Shown one piece after another: positions 1-9,574 of a stretch of 64,000 bases of DNA. The stretch's first letter is position 1. The number at the start of each line of letters is the position of its first letter. The DNA comes from Fidelibacterota bacterium (GTDB lineage Bacteria; Fidelibacterota; UBA8477; JABMPR01): positions 12,089 through 76,088 of the forward strand of contig JAIPJM010000007.1 in the NCBI GenBank assembly GCA_021734255.1, in the 5' to 3' direction. A program made the translations under genes and the position numbers. The notes under the pieces are model-generated. The model worked only from the letters and a program-made list of their open reading frames with translations, was not told the origin of the DNA and searched no databases.

Positions 1-1551
1 TGTCATCAGTTCAGCACTGATCCCTTCGATCTTCAGGTCCATCTGGATAGCGTTAATACCATCCTTGGTGCCTGTGACCTTGAAATCCATATCACCATAA
101 TGGTCTTCATCACCTAGAATATCTGAGAGAACGGAAAAGCGTTTTCCGTCACTGATGAGGCCCATGGCAATACCGGCAACGGTTTTGTTGATACCAACAC
201 CGGCATCCATAAGCGCAAGGGATCCACCACATACACTGGCCATGGAAGATGATCCGTTGGATTCAAGGATCTCTGAAACCAATCTCACTGTATAGGGGAA
301 GTCCTCTTTCTCAGGTAGAAATGGACGGAGACTGCGCTCTGCCAGGTTACCATGTCCGATCTCGCGACGACTGGTGAAACCGATACGACCTGTTTCTCCA
401 ACACAATAGGGTGGGAAATTGTAATGCAGGTAAAAGGGTTTCTTATAATCATGGTCGATTCCGTCCATGATCTGTTCGTCGAGCTTGGTCCCCAGAGTAG
501 CAACGACCAATGCCTGTGTTTCACCTCGGGTGAACAGGGCAGAACCGTGTACTCTTGGCAGGACACCAACTTCAGCTGTGATCTGGCGAATATCTTTCAA
601 TCCACGTCCATCGACTCGTTTACCCTTGGCCATGATCTGCTCACGGATATTGGCTTTCAAGCGATTGCTGAAGACCTCTCCGACCAGTTTAAGGTCGTCC
701 GGGTACGCTTCTTCAAATTTAGCAATAAGCGCATCTTTTGCTTCATTGCGGGCGTCTTGTCTTTCAAGTTTCAGCGTAATGGAATTGAGTTTTGTCAACT
801 CTTTTTCATCGATAGCAGCCTCAACTGCAGCTTTCAGCTCATCCTTTGAAGTATCGACGATGATCTCGCGCTTAACAGGCTTGATCTCATCAATAATGGT
901 TTGCTGAAATGCCACAACTTCAGAAATCGCTTTCTGAGCGAAGACAAGTGCTTCCACCATGACTTCTTCTGAAACTTCCTTGGCTTCTCCCTCGACCATC
1001 ACAACGTCAGTGGCAGTACCAGTAATGGTGATATCCATCTCTGATTCTTCAAGCTGAGCGTATGTTGGGTTAAGGATCAATTCACCGTCTATACGACCGA
1101 CATGAACTGAGGCCACTGGACCATTCCAGGGAATATCAGAAATTGACAGGGCAAAAGAGGCACCAATGGTACCCAGGGTGTCTGCTGTATTCTCACCATC
1201 ACTCGAAAGTACTGTGATGATTACCTGTGTCTCGTTATTAAACGTCTCTGGGAATAGTGGCCGAATCGGTCTATCCGTCATTCGGGCACTGAGGATTTCC
1301 TTCTCAGATGGTCTGGCTTCACGTTTGAAAAATCCACCTGGGATCTTTCCGCCTGCATAGCTTTTTTCACGGTACTCCACTTGAAGAGGGAAATAGTCAC
1401 GTGTTGTGTCTTCTACTTTTGATGCTGTTGCAGCTACAAGAACAGCAGTTTCACCATACATGGCGAGAACCGATCCCCCAGCCTGCCTGGCCATACGTCC
1501 AGTTTCCAGACTGAGTGTCCGTCCACCCAGCATCATTTCTTTTTTAATCAA
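1..1551 (-). CDS. pnp: polyribonucleotide nucleotidyltransferase (PNPase), N-terminal ~515 codons; gene runs off the left edge of the window
   Basis: Absent from the ORF track because there is no stop in the window. My minus-strand translation from ~1551 reads (TTG)IKKEMMLGGRTLSLETGRMARQAGGSVLAMYGETAVL..FPLQVEYREKSYAGGKIPGGFFKREARPSEKEIL..KRVDGRG..ESNGSSSMASVCGGSLALMDAGV..DHYGDMDFKVTGT, which are the RNase PH-type domains of PNPase. It lies directly downstream of rpsO, the canonical pairing. The start is either TTG at 1551 (GGAG 6 nt upstream) or ATG at 1536. Confidence 0.93.
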   Translation of the reverse strand, partial: MIKKEMMLGGRTLSLETGRMARQAGGSVLAMYGETAVLVAATASKVEDTTRDYFPLQVEYREKSYAGGKIPGGFFKREARPSEKEILSARMTDRPIRPLFPETFNNETQVIITVLSSDGENTADTLGTIGASFALSISDIPWNGPVASVHVGRIDGELILNPTYAQLEESEMDITITGTATDVVMVEGEAKEVSEEVMVEALVFAQKAISEVVAFQQTIIDEIKPVKREIIVDTSKDELKAAVEAAIDEKELTKLNSITLKLERQDARNEAKDALIAKFEEAYPDDLKLVGEVFSNRLKANIREQIMAKGKRVDGRGLKDIRQITAEVGVLPRVHGSALFTRGETQALVVATLGTKLDEQIMDGIDHDYKKPFYLHYNFPPYCVGETGRIGFTSRREIGHGNLAERSLRPFLPEKEDFPYTVRLVSEILESNGSSSMASVCGGSLALMDAGVGINKTVAGIAMGLISDGKRFSVLSDILGDEDHYGDMDFKVTGTKDGINAIQMDLKIEGISAELMT

Positions 1552-1565
1552 AATATCTCCGTTTC

Positions 1566-1835
1566 TTATTTACGAATACCAAGCTTTTCAATCAAAGCTT
1601 TGTGTTTCGCTGCATCTTCCTTCTTCAAGTATCTCAGAAGTCGACGACGCTGACCTACCATCTTTAACAGACCACGACGACTGTGGTGATCTTTCTTGTA
1701 GGTTTTAAGGTGCTCAGTGAGGTTACGGATCTGCGTTGTAAGAATAGCAACCTGGACACTGGTTGAGCCTGTGTCATTTGCATTCTCTCCGTACTCCTTT
1801 ATCAGAGCAGCTTTTTCATCTTTTGTTATTGACAT
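1566..1835 (-). CDS. rpsO: 30S ribosomal protein S15
   Basis: [45 protein letters not shown] is a typical S15. I use the internal ATG at 1835 rather than the track start at 1853, which would run into the ribF stop at 1846. Confidence 0.95.
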   Translation of the reverse strand: MSITKDEKAALIKEYGENANDTGSTSVQVAILTTQIRNLTEHLKTYKKDHHSRRGLLKMVGQRRRLLRYLKKEDAAKHKALIEKLGIRK

Positions 1836-1845
1836 GTGTCCTCCT

Positions 1846-2805
1846 TCAGACATCTCGATAATTCTCTATTATCGCTATACATGTTTTCTTATCATTTTCT
1901 AATTGTTCTATTAAATCATCCACGCTGGAAAATTTCTTTTCATCTCTCAATTTCTGTAAGAACTCAAGTGTTACCTTTTTCCCATACAGATTTTCTTCGC
2001 CTTCAGGGACGTGAAACAGATTCGCTTCAATGGTCGTCTCTTCACCATCCTTGAACGTTGGTCGAATCCCTATGTTACACATTCCAAAACTTGCGAATTG
2101 ATCCGTAGAGACCCGCGTCAGGTAAACGCCCCGGTTGGGGACAAGTTTGTTTACCAGATTTGGTTCTATATTGGCAGTGGGAAAACTGAGGGTTTGTCCC
2201 CTCTGCTTACCTTTCACCACCTTGCCAAAGAGCGTATATGCATGGCCCAGCATTGCGTTAGCCAGATCCAGCCGATCCGATTCAATATGGTCACGGATCA
2301 AGGTACTACTAACAGGGACATCTTCATTATTCACAGGTCCGACAACAGTGACCTCATACCCCTTCTTCAGTCCACGATCTTTCAACCATACCGCATCACC
2401 TTCACGCTGGTGACCAAACCGGTGATCATATCCGACCACCATGTGCTTCACGGCCAGTCCGTCTTCCAGGACCTCCTGGGCGAATTCGTCTGCGCTCATC
2501 CCGGAGAATCCACGGTTAAAATCTAAAACCAGCATCATATCAACAGGTGCATACTTGCTGACCAAATAGGCTCTTTCATCAATACCACTCAGTAAGCGTA
2601 TGGGCCGTTCCAGACTACCCCGCAACAGCTGCTGTGGATGTGGATCAAATGTGATCAACACAGATGGCAGGTCCAGATCTTTGGACGCGTTATTACAGGC
2701 ACGAATTAGTGCCTGATGACCACGGTGAATGCCATCAAAACTGCCAATGGTGGCCACAGAACCTGATAACTCAGGCAAGTCTTCTACGCTGCGGACAATT
2801 TCCAA
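1846..2805 (-). CDS. ribF: bifunctional riboflavin kinase / FMN adenylyltransferase
   Basis: 319 aa. The N-terminus has [14 protein letters not shown] (nucleotidyltransferase). The C-terminus has the riboflavin-kinase motifs PTANI and GIRPTF. It sits in the truB-ribF-rpsO context. Confidence 0.93.
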   Translation of the reverse strand: MEIVRSVEDLPELSGSVATIGSFDGIHRGHQALIRACNNASKDLDLPSVLITFDPHPQQLLRGSLERPIRLLSGIDERAYLVSKYAPVDMMLVLDFNRGFSGMSADEFAQEVLEDGLAVKHMVVGYDHRFGHQREGDAVWLKDRGLKKGYEVTVVGPVNNEDVPVSSTLIRDHIESDRLDLANAMLGHAYTLFGKVVKGKQRGQTLSFPTANIEPNLVNKLVPNRGVYLTRVSTDQFASFGMCNIGIRPTFKDGEETTIEANLFHVPEGEENLYGKKVTLEFLQKLRDEKKFSSVDDLIEQLENDKKTCIAIIENYRDV

Positions 2806-3449
2806 TTTTCAATAAACTCTGGGATGCTAAGGGCATCTTCAATGCGGTAGTCACCCACCGCAGTTCTTATTAATTCTTCAACATAAGCAACAGTACCGAG
2901 ACTTTTTGCAATATCTTCGGCAAGTACCCGAATATAGGTGCCTTTTCCGCAGCTCACCCTGATCTTCAGCCTGTCATTATTCAATGCGATCAGATCCAGC
3001 GAGTGGATGGTCACCAGAGACGGTTGGCGTTCAACCATCTTTCCCTGTCTGGCCAGTTTATATAATTTTTTCCCATTGACCTTCTTGGCTGAATACATGG
3101 GTGGAATTTGCGTGATCTCTCCCCTGAATTGTTCGAAAACAGCTTCTACTGATCCTCGATCCAACGCTGGCACCGGCTGTGTATCTGTTACGATACCTGT
3201 CCGATCACCAGTATCCCTTAATTTCCCCAGGCTTATGTCTGCTTCATAGGTCTTAGACATGGCCATGAATTCATTCTGACGCTTCGTATTTTTACCGGTC
3301 AATAGCAGCAAGACACCTGTTGCGAAAGGATCAAGCGTTCCTGCGTGGCCTACTTTTTTAATACGGGTCGTATTCCTGATCTTGGCAACCACATCAAAGC
3401 TGGTCCAATCCGTGGGTTTATTGATATTGATGATCAAAGCGTCGTCCAT
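2784..3449 (-). CDS. truB: tRNA pseudouridine(55) synthase TruB
   Basis: 221 aa with GHAGTLDPFATGVLLLL (catalytic Asp motif). It follows rbfA and its 3' end overlaps ribF by 22 nt. Confidence 0.93.
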   Translation of the reverse strand: MDDALIININKPTDWTSFDVVAKIRNTTRIKKVGHAGTLDPFATGVLLLLTGKNTKRQNEFMAMSKTYEADISLGKLRDTGDRTGIVTDTQPVPALDRGSVEAVFEQFRGEITQIPPMYSAKKVNGKKLYKLARQGKMVERQPSLVTIHSLDLIALNNDRLKIRVSCGKGTYIRVLAEDIAKSLGTVAYVEELIRTAVGDYRIEDALSIPEFIENWKLSAA

Positions 3450-3784
3450 TACAGATCCTTCAATACCCGATTTATCTTGTCACTGTAGTCCAGCGTATCA
3501 TCAATAAAGAATCTGAGTTCTGGCACATATTTCAGACGAACTTCCTTACCCACGTGGTAGCGGATCCGGCTGTGGTGGGTTTCAAGGGTCTTAAAGCTTG
3601 ATTCAACGTCTTTTGGCTCACCATAAATGGAAAAATATACATTGGCTATTTTGAGGTCAGGTGTCATTTTCGCCTTCGAAACAGAAATAAATCCCGGTGT
3701 GGTGTTGGCCACATTGAGGATCAGATACTCTGCTACTGCTGCCCTGATCGCTTCCCCCACTCTTGCCTGTCTTGCTACACCCAT
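3449..3784 (-). CDS. rbfA: ribosome-binding factor A
   Basis: 111 aa, RbfA-like (KMTPDLKIANVYFS). It sits between infB and truB. Confidence 0.9.
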   Translation of the reverse strand: MGVARQARVGEAIRAAVAEYLILNVANTTPGFISVSKAKMTPDLKIANVYFSIYGEPKDVESSFKTLETHHSRIRYHVGKEVRLKYVPELRFFIDDTLDYSDKINRVLKDL

Positions 3785-3799
3785 AAATGATCAATCAAC

Positions 3800-6334
3800 T
3801 CAGGATGACTTACTGTCTTCCAGTTTCCGGGCGATGATCTCTTCTTCGTAGAATTCGATCCGATCACCCTCTTTGATCTTGGTGAAATCCTTCAGTGAAA
3901 TTCCACATTCACTGCCCTCCAGAACCTCTTTCACTTCATCCTTGAATCGTTTCAGAGCATTCAACTCACCATCAAAGAGCATTTCGCCGTCACGCACAAG
4001 TCGAACCTTTGCGTTACGCTTGGCAATACCTGAGACGACCTTGGATCCGGCAATGATACCGATCTTGGGGATTTTGAATAGTTCAGTCACTTCGGCGACA
4101 CCAAGTTCCTTCACGGCCACATCGGGTTCAAGGAGACCTTCCAGAGCCTGATGGACATCATCGACAGCAGCGTAGATCACATCATAATATCTGATCTCGA
4201 CATCATCGGTTTTGGCCAGGAGCTTGGCATTACTATCGGCGGTCACGTTAAAACCAACGATGATCGCATCCGATGCTGCAGCAAGCAGAACATCTGATTC
4301 CTTGATCATACCGATGCCGCGGTGGATAATACGCACTGCCACTTCATCTGTTGACATTTTCATAAAGGAATCTGCCAATGCTTCAATAGAACCATCAACA
4401 TCACCTTTGATAAGCAGCGGTACTTCCCGTACTTTCCCTTCGGAGATCTGACGTGAGATCTCATCCAGGGTCATATGACGCATTCGTTTGAAATCCTGTT
4501 CTCTTCTAACCTGCTGTCTCTGACTACTGACGTCTCTGGCTTCTTTGTCAGTATCCATAACGACTAGATTATCTCCAGCCCGGGGGACATCACTAAATCC
4601 AAGGACCTCTACTGGTGTGGCAGGGCCTGCAGATTTGATTCTGTCACCATGATCATCCTTCAGGGCTTTGACCCGGCCAGAGTAATCGCCACAGACAAAA
4701 GATTCACCGATCTTTAATTCACCACGGTTAATAAGCACGGTAGCCACGGCACCGATTCCTTTATCAAGTCGTGACTCGACAACAATTCCACGTGCATGGC
4801 CAGTCGGTTTGGCTTTCAGATCCATCATTTCAGCTTCCAGGAGCACCGTTTCCAGCAGATCGTCAACATTGGTACCCATTTTTGCCGAAATCTCGACATC
4901 GGGATACTTGCCTCCCCAACTTTCAACCAGCATGTCACGTTCGGACAGCTCACGTCGAACCATCTCTGCATCTGCACCTTGTTTATCGATCTTGTTGATG
5001 GCGAAAATAATGGGAACGCCGGCAGCTTTAGCATGATCAATAGCCTCGATGGTCTGAGGCATCACTGCATCATCAGCTGCAACTATAATAATTACGATAT
5101 CCGTCACCTGCGCACCGCGAGCACGCATGGCTGTAAACGCTTCGTGACCAGGCGTATCCAGGAAAGTGATCGTCTTCCCCTCGCCTACACTCACTGAGTA
5201 AGCACCGATATGCTGGGTGATACCACCAGCCTCACCGCCGATCACATTGGTTTTACGAATATGATCCAGCAAGGAGGTCTTACCGTGGTCTACATGACCC
5301 ATAATGGTTACGACGGGCGGACGCGGCTCGAGTTCAGACTCATCCACCTCTTCATGGGCAACAATATCTTCCTGAATGGTTGCCGTATCATCCTCAAATT
5401 TGACCTTGATCTCAAACTCTTCAGCCAGAAGTTCAATGGTATCCTTATCAATACGCTGGTTAATGGTCACCATCATGCCCATATCCATGCACTTACCGAT
5501 AATATCGGCTACGTCGATCTCAACCAAATCTGCAAAGTCATGGACCGAAACAAATTCGGAGACTCTGTAGACGTTATCCTCAACAGCTTGTTCCTGCTTC
5601 GAATCTTTGCGTCGCCTACGTCTCTTGCCTGTATCCATTGAGGACATGACCTTTTTAATGGAAGCATCCACTTCCTTCTGATCAAATGTCCGGCGTTTTT
5701 TACCCCGCTTGCTCTTTTCCTTCACGTCCCCGCTCTTGACGACGTGTTTGATCTTCCGCTCAATTTTCTTCGCGATGATCTTATCTGTTGGTGTCTCCTC
5801 GCTGCCCTCAGGCTCGCCAGGTCTTAAAATCTTGGGTTTAGCGGCTTTCTTTTCAGCAGCTTCTTTTTCCCGCTCAGCCTTTACCTTGGCTGCATTTTCT
5901 TCTTCAGCTTTGCGGGCAATAGCTTCTTCCTTTTCGCGTTTTGCACGCTCAACAGCGTCAACTTTTTCCTGCTCTACCCTGCGCTTGGCATCTTCGATCT
6001 CAAGTTTGCGTTGTTCTTCAGCCTGTTTACGCTGACGTTCCTCAGTCTCCCGAGCTTCCCGCTCTTGATCCGATTTGCGGATCCGCTCTTCTTCTTCCAG
6101 ACGGCGCTGTTCTTCAAGCGCTTTTCGTTCATCTTCCTTCTGCTCTTGCTCGATCTGATACAGATCACTGGCAAAATTCTTCATGATGATGTCGTACATA
6201 TCATCATCAACCGGGCTCATATGATTGGTTACATCCATGCCCTTTTCTTTCAGAAAACTGACGATCTCCTGGTGGGAGATGTTGATCTGCTTCGCAATTT
6301 GATATATTCTTTTTGGTTTACTCAATCGATCCAA
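3800..6334 (-). CDS. infB: translation initiation factor IF-2
   Basis: 844 aa. It has an IF2 N-terminal domain, a long K/E/R-rich linker, and G-domain motifs GHVDHGKTSLLD, DTPGHEAF and NKID. Confidence 0.97.
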   Translation of the reverse strand: MDRLSKPKRIYQIAKQINISHQEIVSFLKEKGMDVTNHMSPVDDDMYDIIMKNFASDLYQIEQEQKEDERKALEEQRRLEEEERIRKSDQEREARETEERQRKQAEEQRKLEIEDAKRRVEQEKVDAVERAKREKEEAIARKAEEENAAKVKAEREKEAAEKKAAKPKILRPGEPEGSEETPTDKIIAKKIERKIKHVVKSGDVKEKSKRGKKRRTFDQKEVDASIKKVMSSMDTGKRRRRRKDSKQEQAVEDNVYRVSEFVSVHDFADLVEIDVADIIGKCMDMGMMVTINQRIDKDTIELLAEEFEIKVKFEDDTATIQEDIVAHEEVDESELEPRPPVVTIMGHVDHGKTSLLDHIRKTNVIGGEAGGITQHIGAYSVSVGEGKTITFLDTPGHEAFTAMRARGAQVTDIVIIIVAADDAVMPQTIEAIDHAKAAGVPIIFAINKIDKQGADAEMVRRELSERDMLVESWGGKYPDVEISAKMGTNVDDLLETVLLEAEMMDLKAKPTGHARGIVVESRLDKGIGAVATVLINRGELKIGESFVCGDYSGRVKALKDDHGDRIKSAGPATPVEVLGFSDVPRAGDNLVVMDTDKEARDVSSQRQQVRREQDFKRMRHMTLDEISRQISEGKVREVPLLIKGDVDGSIEALADSFMKMSTDEVAVRIIHRGIGMIKESDVLLAAASDAIIVGFNVTADSNAKLLAKTDDVEIRYYDVIYAAVDDVHQALEGLLEPDVAVKELGVAEVTELFKIPKIGIIAGSKVVSGIAKRNAKVRLVRDGEMLFDGELNALKRFKDEVKEVLEGSECGISLKDFTKIKEGDRIEFYEEEIIARKLEDSKSS

Positions 6335-6399
6335 TTCCTTCGTCGTTTTTCTGAAAACACGCGCTGCTCATTCACTTAAGATTCAGACTATTCAGGAGA

Positions 6400-7728
6400 T
6401 CATTCTTCATTTTTTTCTGGCTTGTCGCTTGCCTCAGATTCATTTGAATCATCTGAGTCATCCACTTCCACTAGTTCTTCAATGACCTCTACCTCAACCT
6501 CAACTTTTTCCAGCAGCGCAGCCATAAACCCTTCCAGAGTTTTTTCACCGAGACCCTTAAGGTCAAGCAGTGTCTCCTTCTTGGTATTCACGACCTCATT
6601 GACGGTATCAATACCATTTTCGGCAAGAATGGTAACCACTCGTTTCGGTAGACCTTCGATCTCCTCCAGGTAAACCTCAACTTCCTCAGGCCCTTCAACT
6701 TCACTTCTGGATTTAGCATCAATTTCAAACCCAGTGACCTTCGATGCCAATCTTACATTCTGACCATTTTTTCCAATGGCAATGGAAATATCCTCGTCTT
6801 CGAAGAGTGCCAGTGCTCTATGCTTTTCGTAATCGATCTGAACACTGTAGGGCTTCGCTGGAGAAAGTGCACGACTGACAAGCAGTTGCGGCTCAGAGGT
6901 GTGATTGATAATATCGATCTTTTCTCCATTCAACTCTCTCACAATAACCTGAATACGGCTTCCCTTCATCCCTACACAGGCACCCACGGCGTCAATTCGC
7001 TTATCATGCGATTCAACAATGATCTTGGTTCTATCGCCAGGCTCACGGGACAGGGTTCTGACATCGATGATCCCATCCTCGATCTCAGGGACTTCATTCT
7101 TGAATAATTTCATGAGGAATGTCGGGTCTGCACGGGAAATGATAATGTCCGGACCACGTTTCTCGGAACGAACCTCTTTGATAATAGCACGAATGCTGTC
7201 ACCGCGGCGGTAACGTTCGCTATAGATCTGTTCATCACGAGGCATCTTGAGTTCTGCCTTGTCAATATTCACGAATAGTGCGTCTCGTCTGATCTGATGG
7301 ATCTCACCAATGACGATCTCACCCACTCGCTTGGAATAATCGCGATAGATCTGATCCCGTTCAAATTCCTGGATCTTCTGCGCCATAACATGTCTGGCAA
7401 AAGTGATCAGCCGGCGACCAAAAGTTGCTGGATCCACAACATCAATGAAGGGGTCACCGATCTCGAGGTCCGGTGCAACAGCCTGTGCTGTTTCGATATC
7501 AACTTCAAAATCTGGATCATCTACTACCTCGACGACTTCCTTCTCCTGGTAGATCTCGATCTCACCCTTGTCCATATTCACAATGACATCAAAATTGTCC
7601 ACATTACCATACTTTTTCTGGATCAATGCTTCAAAGATCTCTTTAATGATGTCAGCCAATTCCTTGCGGTCAATATCTTTCTCTTTCGCAAGCTGTATAA
7701 ACGACTCTATGATGATTTTACTGATCAA
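6400..7728 (-). CDS. nusA: transcription termination/antitermination factor NusA
   Basis: 442 aa with S1 and KH regions (GACVGMKGSRIQ), a C-terminal HhH-like region and an acidic tail. It lies between rimP and infB. Confidence 0.96.
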   Translation of the reverse strand: MISKIIIESFIQLAKEKDIDRKELADIIKEIFEALIQKKYGNVDNFDVIVNMDKGEIEIYQEKEVVEVVDDPDFEVDIETAQAVAPDLEIGDPFIDVVDPATFGRRLITFARHVMAQKIQEFERDQIYRDYSKRVGEIVIGEIHQIRRDALFVNIDKAELKMPRDEQIYSERYRRGDSIRAIIKEVRSEKRGPDIIISRADPTFLMKLFKNEVPEIEDGIIDVRTLSREPGDRTKIIVESHDKRIDAVGACVGMKGSRIQVIVRELNGEKIDIINHTSEPQLLVSRALSPAKPYSVQIDYEKHRALALFEDEDISIAIGKNGQNVRLASKVTGFEIDAKSRSEVEGPEEVEVYLEEIEGLPKRVVTILAENGIDTVNEVVNTKKETLLDLKGLGEKTLEGFMAALLEKVEVEVEVIEELVEVDDSDDSNESEASDKPEKNEE

Positions 7729-7744
7729 GGGGTTAATCCTCCTA

Positions 7745-8200
7745 TTACCATCTCAATTTTACTTTACCCTGGACGACATCGTTCATATCAAGTGAGATCG
7801 TCTCGTCTTTTGCCTGGACGGTTAGCGTGTCATCACTAACGCTCTTGACCTCACACTCCAGTGGATTAGCCAGGTTCTCCTTGGTGTGTTGGACCTGCAT
7901 TGGGTGTCCAACAAATCGTCGAAAGTGTCTGACCGTTTGAATGGGGAAACTCGCTCCTGGGGATGAGACCTCAACTGAGACCTTCTCAATATCCAACCCG
8001 GGAAGCGTAAAATTCTTGTGAATAGAACGATTGATCTGAGTCAACTGATCAATCGTGATGCCGGTGTCACTTTCGCACTTCACGATCAGCTGAAAACCTC
8101 GTTTGGTCGCATTTAGCAACGCATCAACCAGGAAAACATCCTCAGCCTCTCTAAAGCACTGCTCTATACCGGCTTTTATTTCTTCATCGTTCCAATTCAC
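7745..8200 (-). CDS. rimP: ribosome maturation factor RimP
   Basis: 151 aa with a GTG start, and the conserved position immediately upstream of nusA. It has a VEVSSPG-type motif. Confidence 0.85.
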   Translation of the reverse strand: MNWNDEEIKAGIEQCFREAEDVFLVDALLNATKRGFQLIVKCESDTGITIDQLTQINRSIHKNFTLPGLDIEKVSVEVSSPGASFPIQTVRHFRRFVGHPMQVQHTKENLANPLECEVKSVSDDTLTVQAKDETISLDMNDVVQGKVKLRW

Positions 8201-8223
8201 TTTGTTTCTTCATACCTCTTAAT

Positions 8224-8254
8224 AAAAAACAAAGTGGGCATACTAACCCACTTT
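8224..8254 (-). terminator. intrinsic terminator/attenuator hairpin in the rimP-nusA-infB leader
   Basis: The minus strand reads AAAGTGGG-ttagtatg-CCCACTTT, a perfect 8-bp stem, followed by GTTTTTTATT. It ends only ~23 nt before the rimP start codon. Confidence 0.55.
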
Positions 8255-8262
8255 GCGGGCGC

Positions 8263-8291
8263 AATGTATCCGGTGAAGAAGGTCTTTGCAA
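8263..8291 (-). promoter_or_regulatory. candidate sigma70-type promoter for rimP-nusA-infB
   Basis: The minus strand has TTGCAA (8291-8286), a 17-nt spacer, then TACATT (8268-8263). The predicted start falls just before the hairpin at 8231-8254. Confidence 0.35.
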
Positions 8292-8306
8292 GTCCAATAA
8301 TAGCAA

Positions 8307-8975
8307 TTATTTCTCCTGAACTTTACCTTCTAAATATTTGACGTCTTGCCTGAATTTAACATCAAGCTCGTCAGCCAAAAGTTCATCAACGATCGATCTT
8401 GTCTTTTCTGGCTGTCCCCCATTTAAATAGGCATATCCTGCCTGAAGTTTAGCACTCTTTGAAATACTAAAGAGATCCATGGAGGAAACTGCAGCATACA
8501 TCTTCGCTGCTTTCAGGTATTCGGACTCTCTTTCGGCAAGATAAGCCAATTTCATTTTGCCGGCGGCCCTCAAGAACTCATCCGAGTTTTTAGCGACGTG
8601 CTCAAAGAGCTCTCTGGCACCTGCAATGTCACCTGAATCCAAACGAGCAGACCCCAGCTGAAGTGCTGATAAAGCAACCAGATCATTTTTACCGTATTCA
8701 GAGATAACCAATTCAAGTTCAGAGATGACGTTTGAATTCATTCCCTGCATGGCAGCCATGGTCGTTTTCGTATTGGCCAGCATGGCCTCATTCTTAAACG
8801 AATCACGGCTATTCATCCAGCCCCAGGTAAGGAGCACGGCCAGGGCAACAATACCAACGCCAGTCAATATCTGTTTACTGTTTGCCTCGTAGAATTCCTG
8901 CCCTCTTTCCAGCGTATCCAGTAAAGGATCATGTTTCAATTCTTTTTTCGTTAACTTCTTTTTCGGTGTCAGCAT
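8307..8975 (-). CDS. membrane-anchored TPR protein (YfgM-like)
   Basis: 222 aa with a charged N-terminus, one TM helix (ILTGVGIVALAVLLTWGW) and a helical TPR-like periplasmic domain. This is the YfgM/TPR_21-type architecture, recalled from memory. Confidence 0.7.
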   Translation of the reverse strand: MLTPKKKLTKKELKHDPLLDTLERGQEFYEANSKQILTGVGIVALAVLLTWGWMNSRDSFKNEAMLANTKTTMAAMQGMNSNVISELELVISEYGKNDLVALSALQLGSARLDSGDIAGARELFEHVAKNSDEFLRAAGKMKLAYLAERESEYLKAAKMYAAVSSMDLFSISKSAKLQAGYAYLNGGQPEKTRSIVDELLADELDVKFRQDVKYLEGKVQEK

Positions 8976-9002
8976 CGGACAATCAATTCCTCACATTTTA
9001 TT

Positions 9003-9038
9003 AAAAATCCCAGGAGTCTGTAATTTTACCGGGACTCC
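9003..9038 (-). terminator. terminator-like hairpin downstream of tRNA-Arg(CCT)
   Basis: The minus strand reads GGAGTCCCGG-N-GACTCCTGGGA followed by TTTTTAATAAAA. Two alternative 6-bp stems are possible and the loop is large, so confidence is moderate. Confidence 0.4.
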
Positions 9039-9046
9039 GTTTTTAG

Positions 9047-9120
9047 TACCCCTGAGGTGATTCGAACACCTGACCTACGCTTTAGGAAAGCGTTGCTCTA
9101 TCCTGCTGAGCTACAGGGGC
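9047..9120 (-). tRNA. tRNA-Arg (anticodon CCT)
   Basis: Hand-folded cloverleaf, 74 nt: GCCCCTG TA GCTC AGCAGGATA GAGC A ACGCT TTCCTAA AGCGT AGGTC AGGTG TTCGAAT CACCT CAGGGGT A. It has a G1:U72 pair and CCA is not encoded. Confidence 0.9.
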
Positions 9121-9574
9121 TAATACCTGTTCTAGGGTAGAAATCATAAAGCGTATTCAGCCTGCTATGGGTGAATGATCCAATAGCACTGGAATATTTT
9201 CATACACCCACACTCCCGTGCCAGTGGAAGGGTGAGGTGATTTCGAAAGTCTCAGCTTGTCCTGAGGCCTTCTCAAAAAGCACGGCAATATAAACGACTA
9301 CATAAGGCCACAAAAGGGATTTAGCCCTTTTGCATCCCAGCTTATCCAATATTAATTCAGGATGTGTTCTCACTCTGGATCAGAATGAGATACCAATGGA
9401 TCCGCCCGGCACTGGTGGTGACATCGCACCGAAGCGACTAACTTTACATTCATCCCCGTGTGAACACAGCGTGTCAAGCCATAGCTCGATAGAGCGACGG
9501 CTGAGGGTGTTCTGTTCGCACCCCCGCATCCTGCGGGGCTCGAGCTGGTCTTTCATTTTACAGAAAATTTTAAA

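Noticed and set aside
9121-9574. RNase P RNA, tmRNA or SRP RNA in the long gap next to tRNA-Arg(CCT).
   Set aside because: I looked on both strands for GAGGAAAGTCC / ACAGAA-N-CCGGCTTA (RNase P), for a GGGG..TTCGAC 5' end with a tRNA-like T-arm and ACCA 3' end (tmRNA), and for the GGAA-tetraloop domain IV motif (SRP). Only weak partial resemblances appeared: GATGAATG, CGAAAGTC and GGGGGTG/CACCCTTCCA. None is in the right order or pairing.
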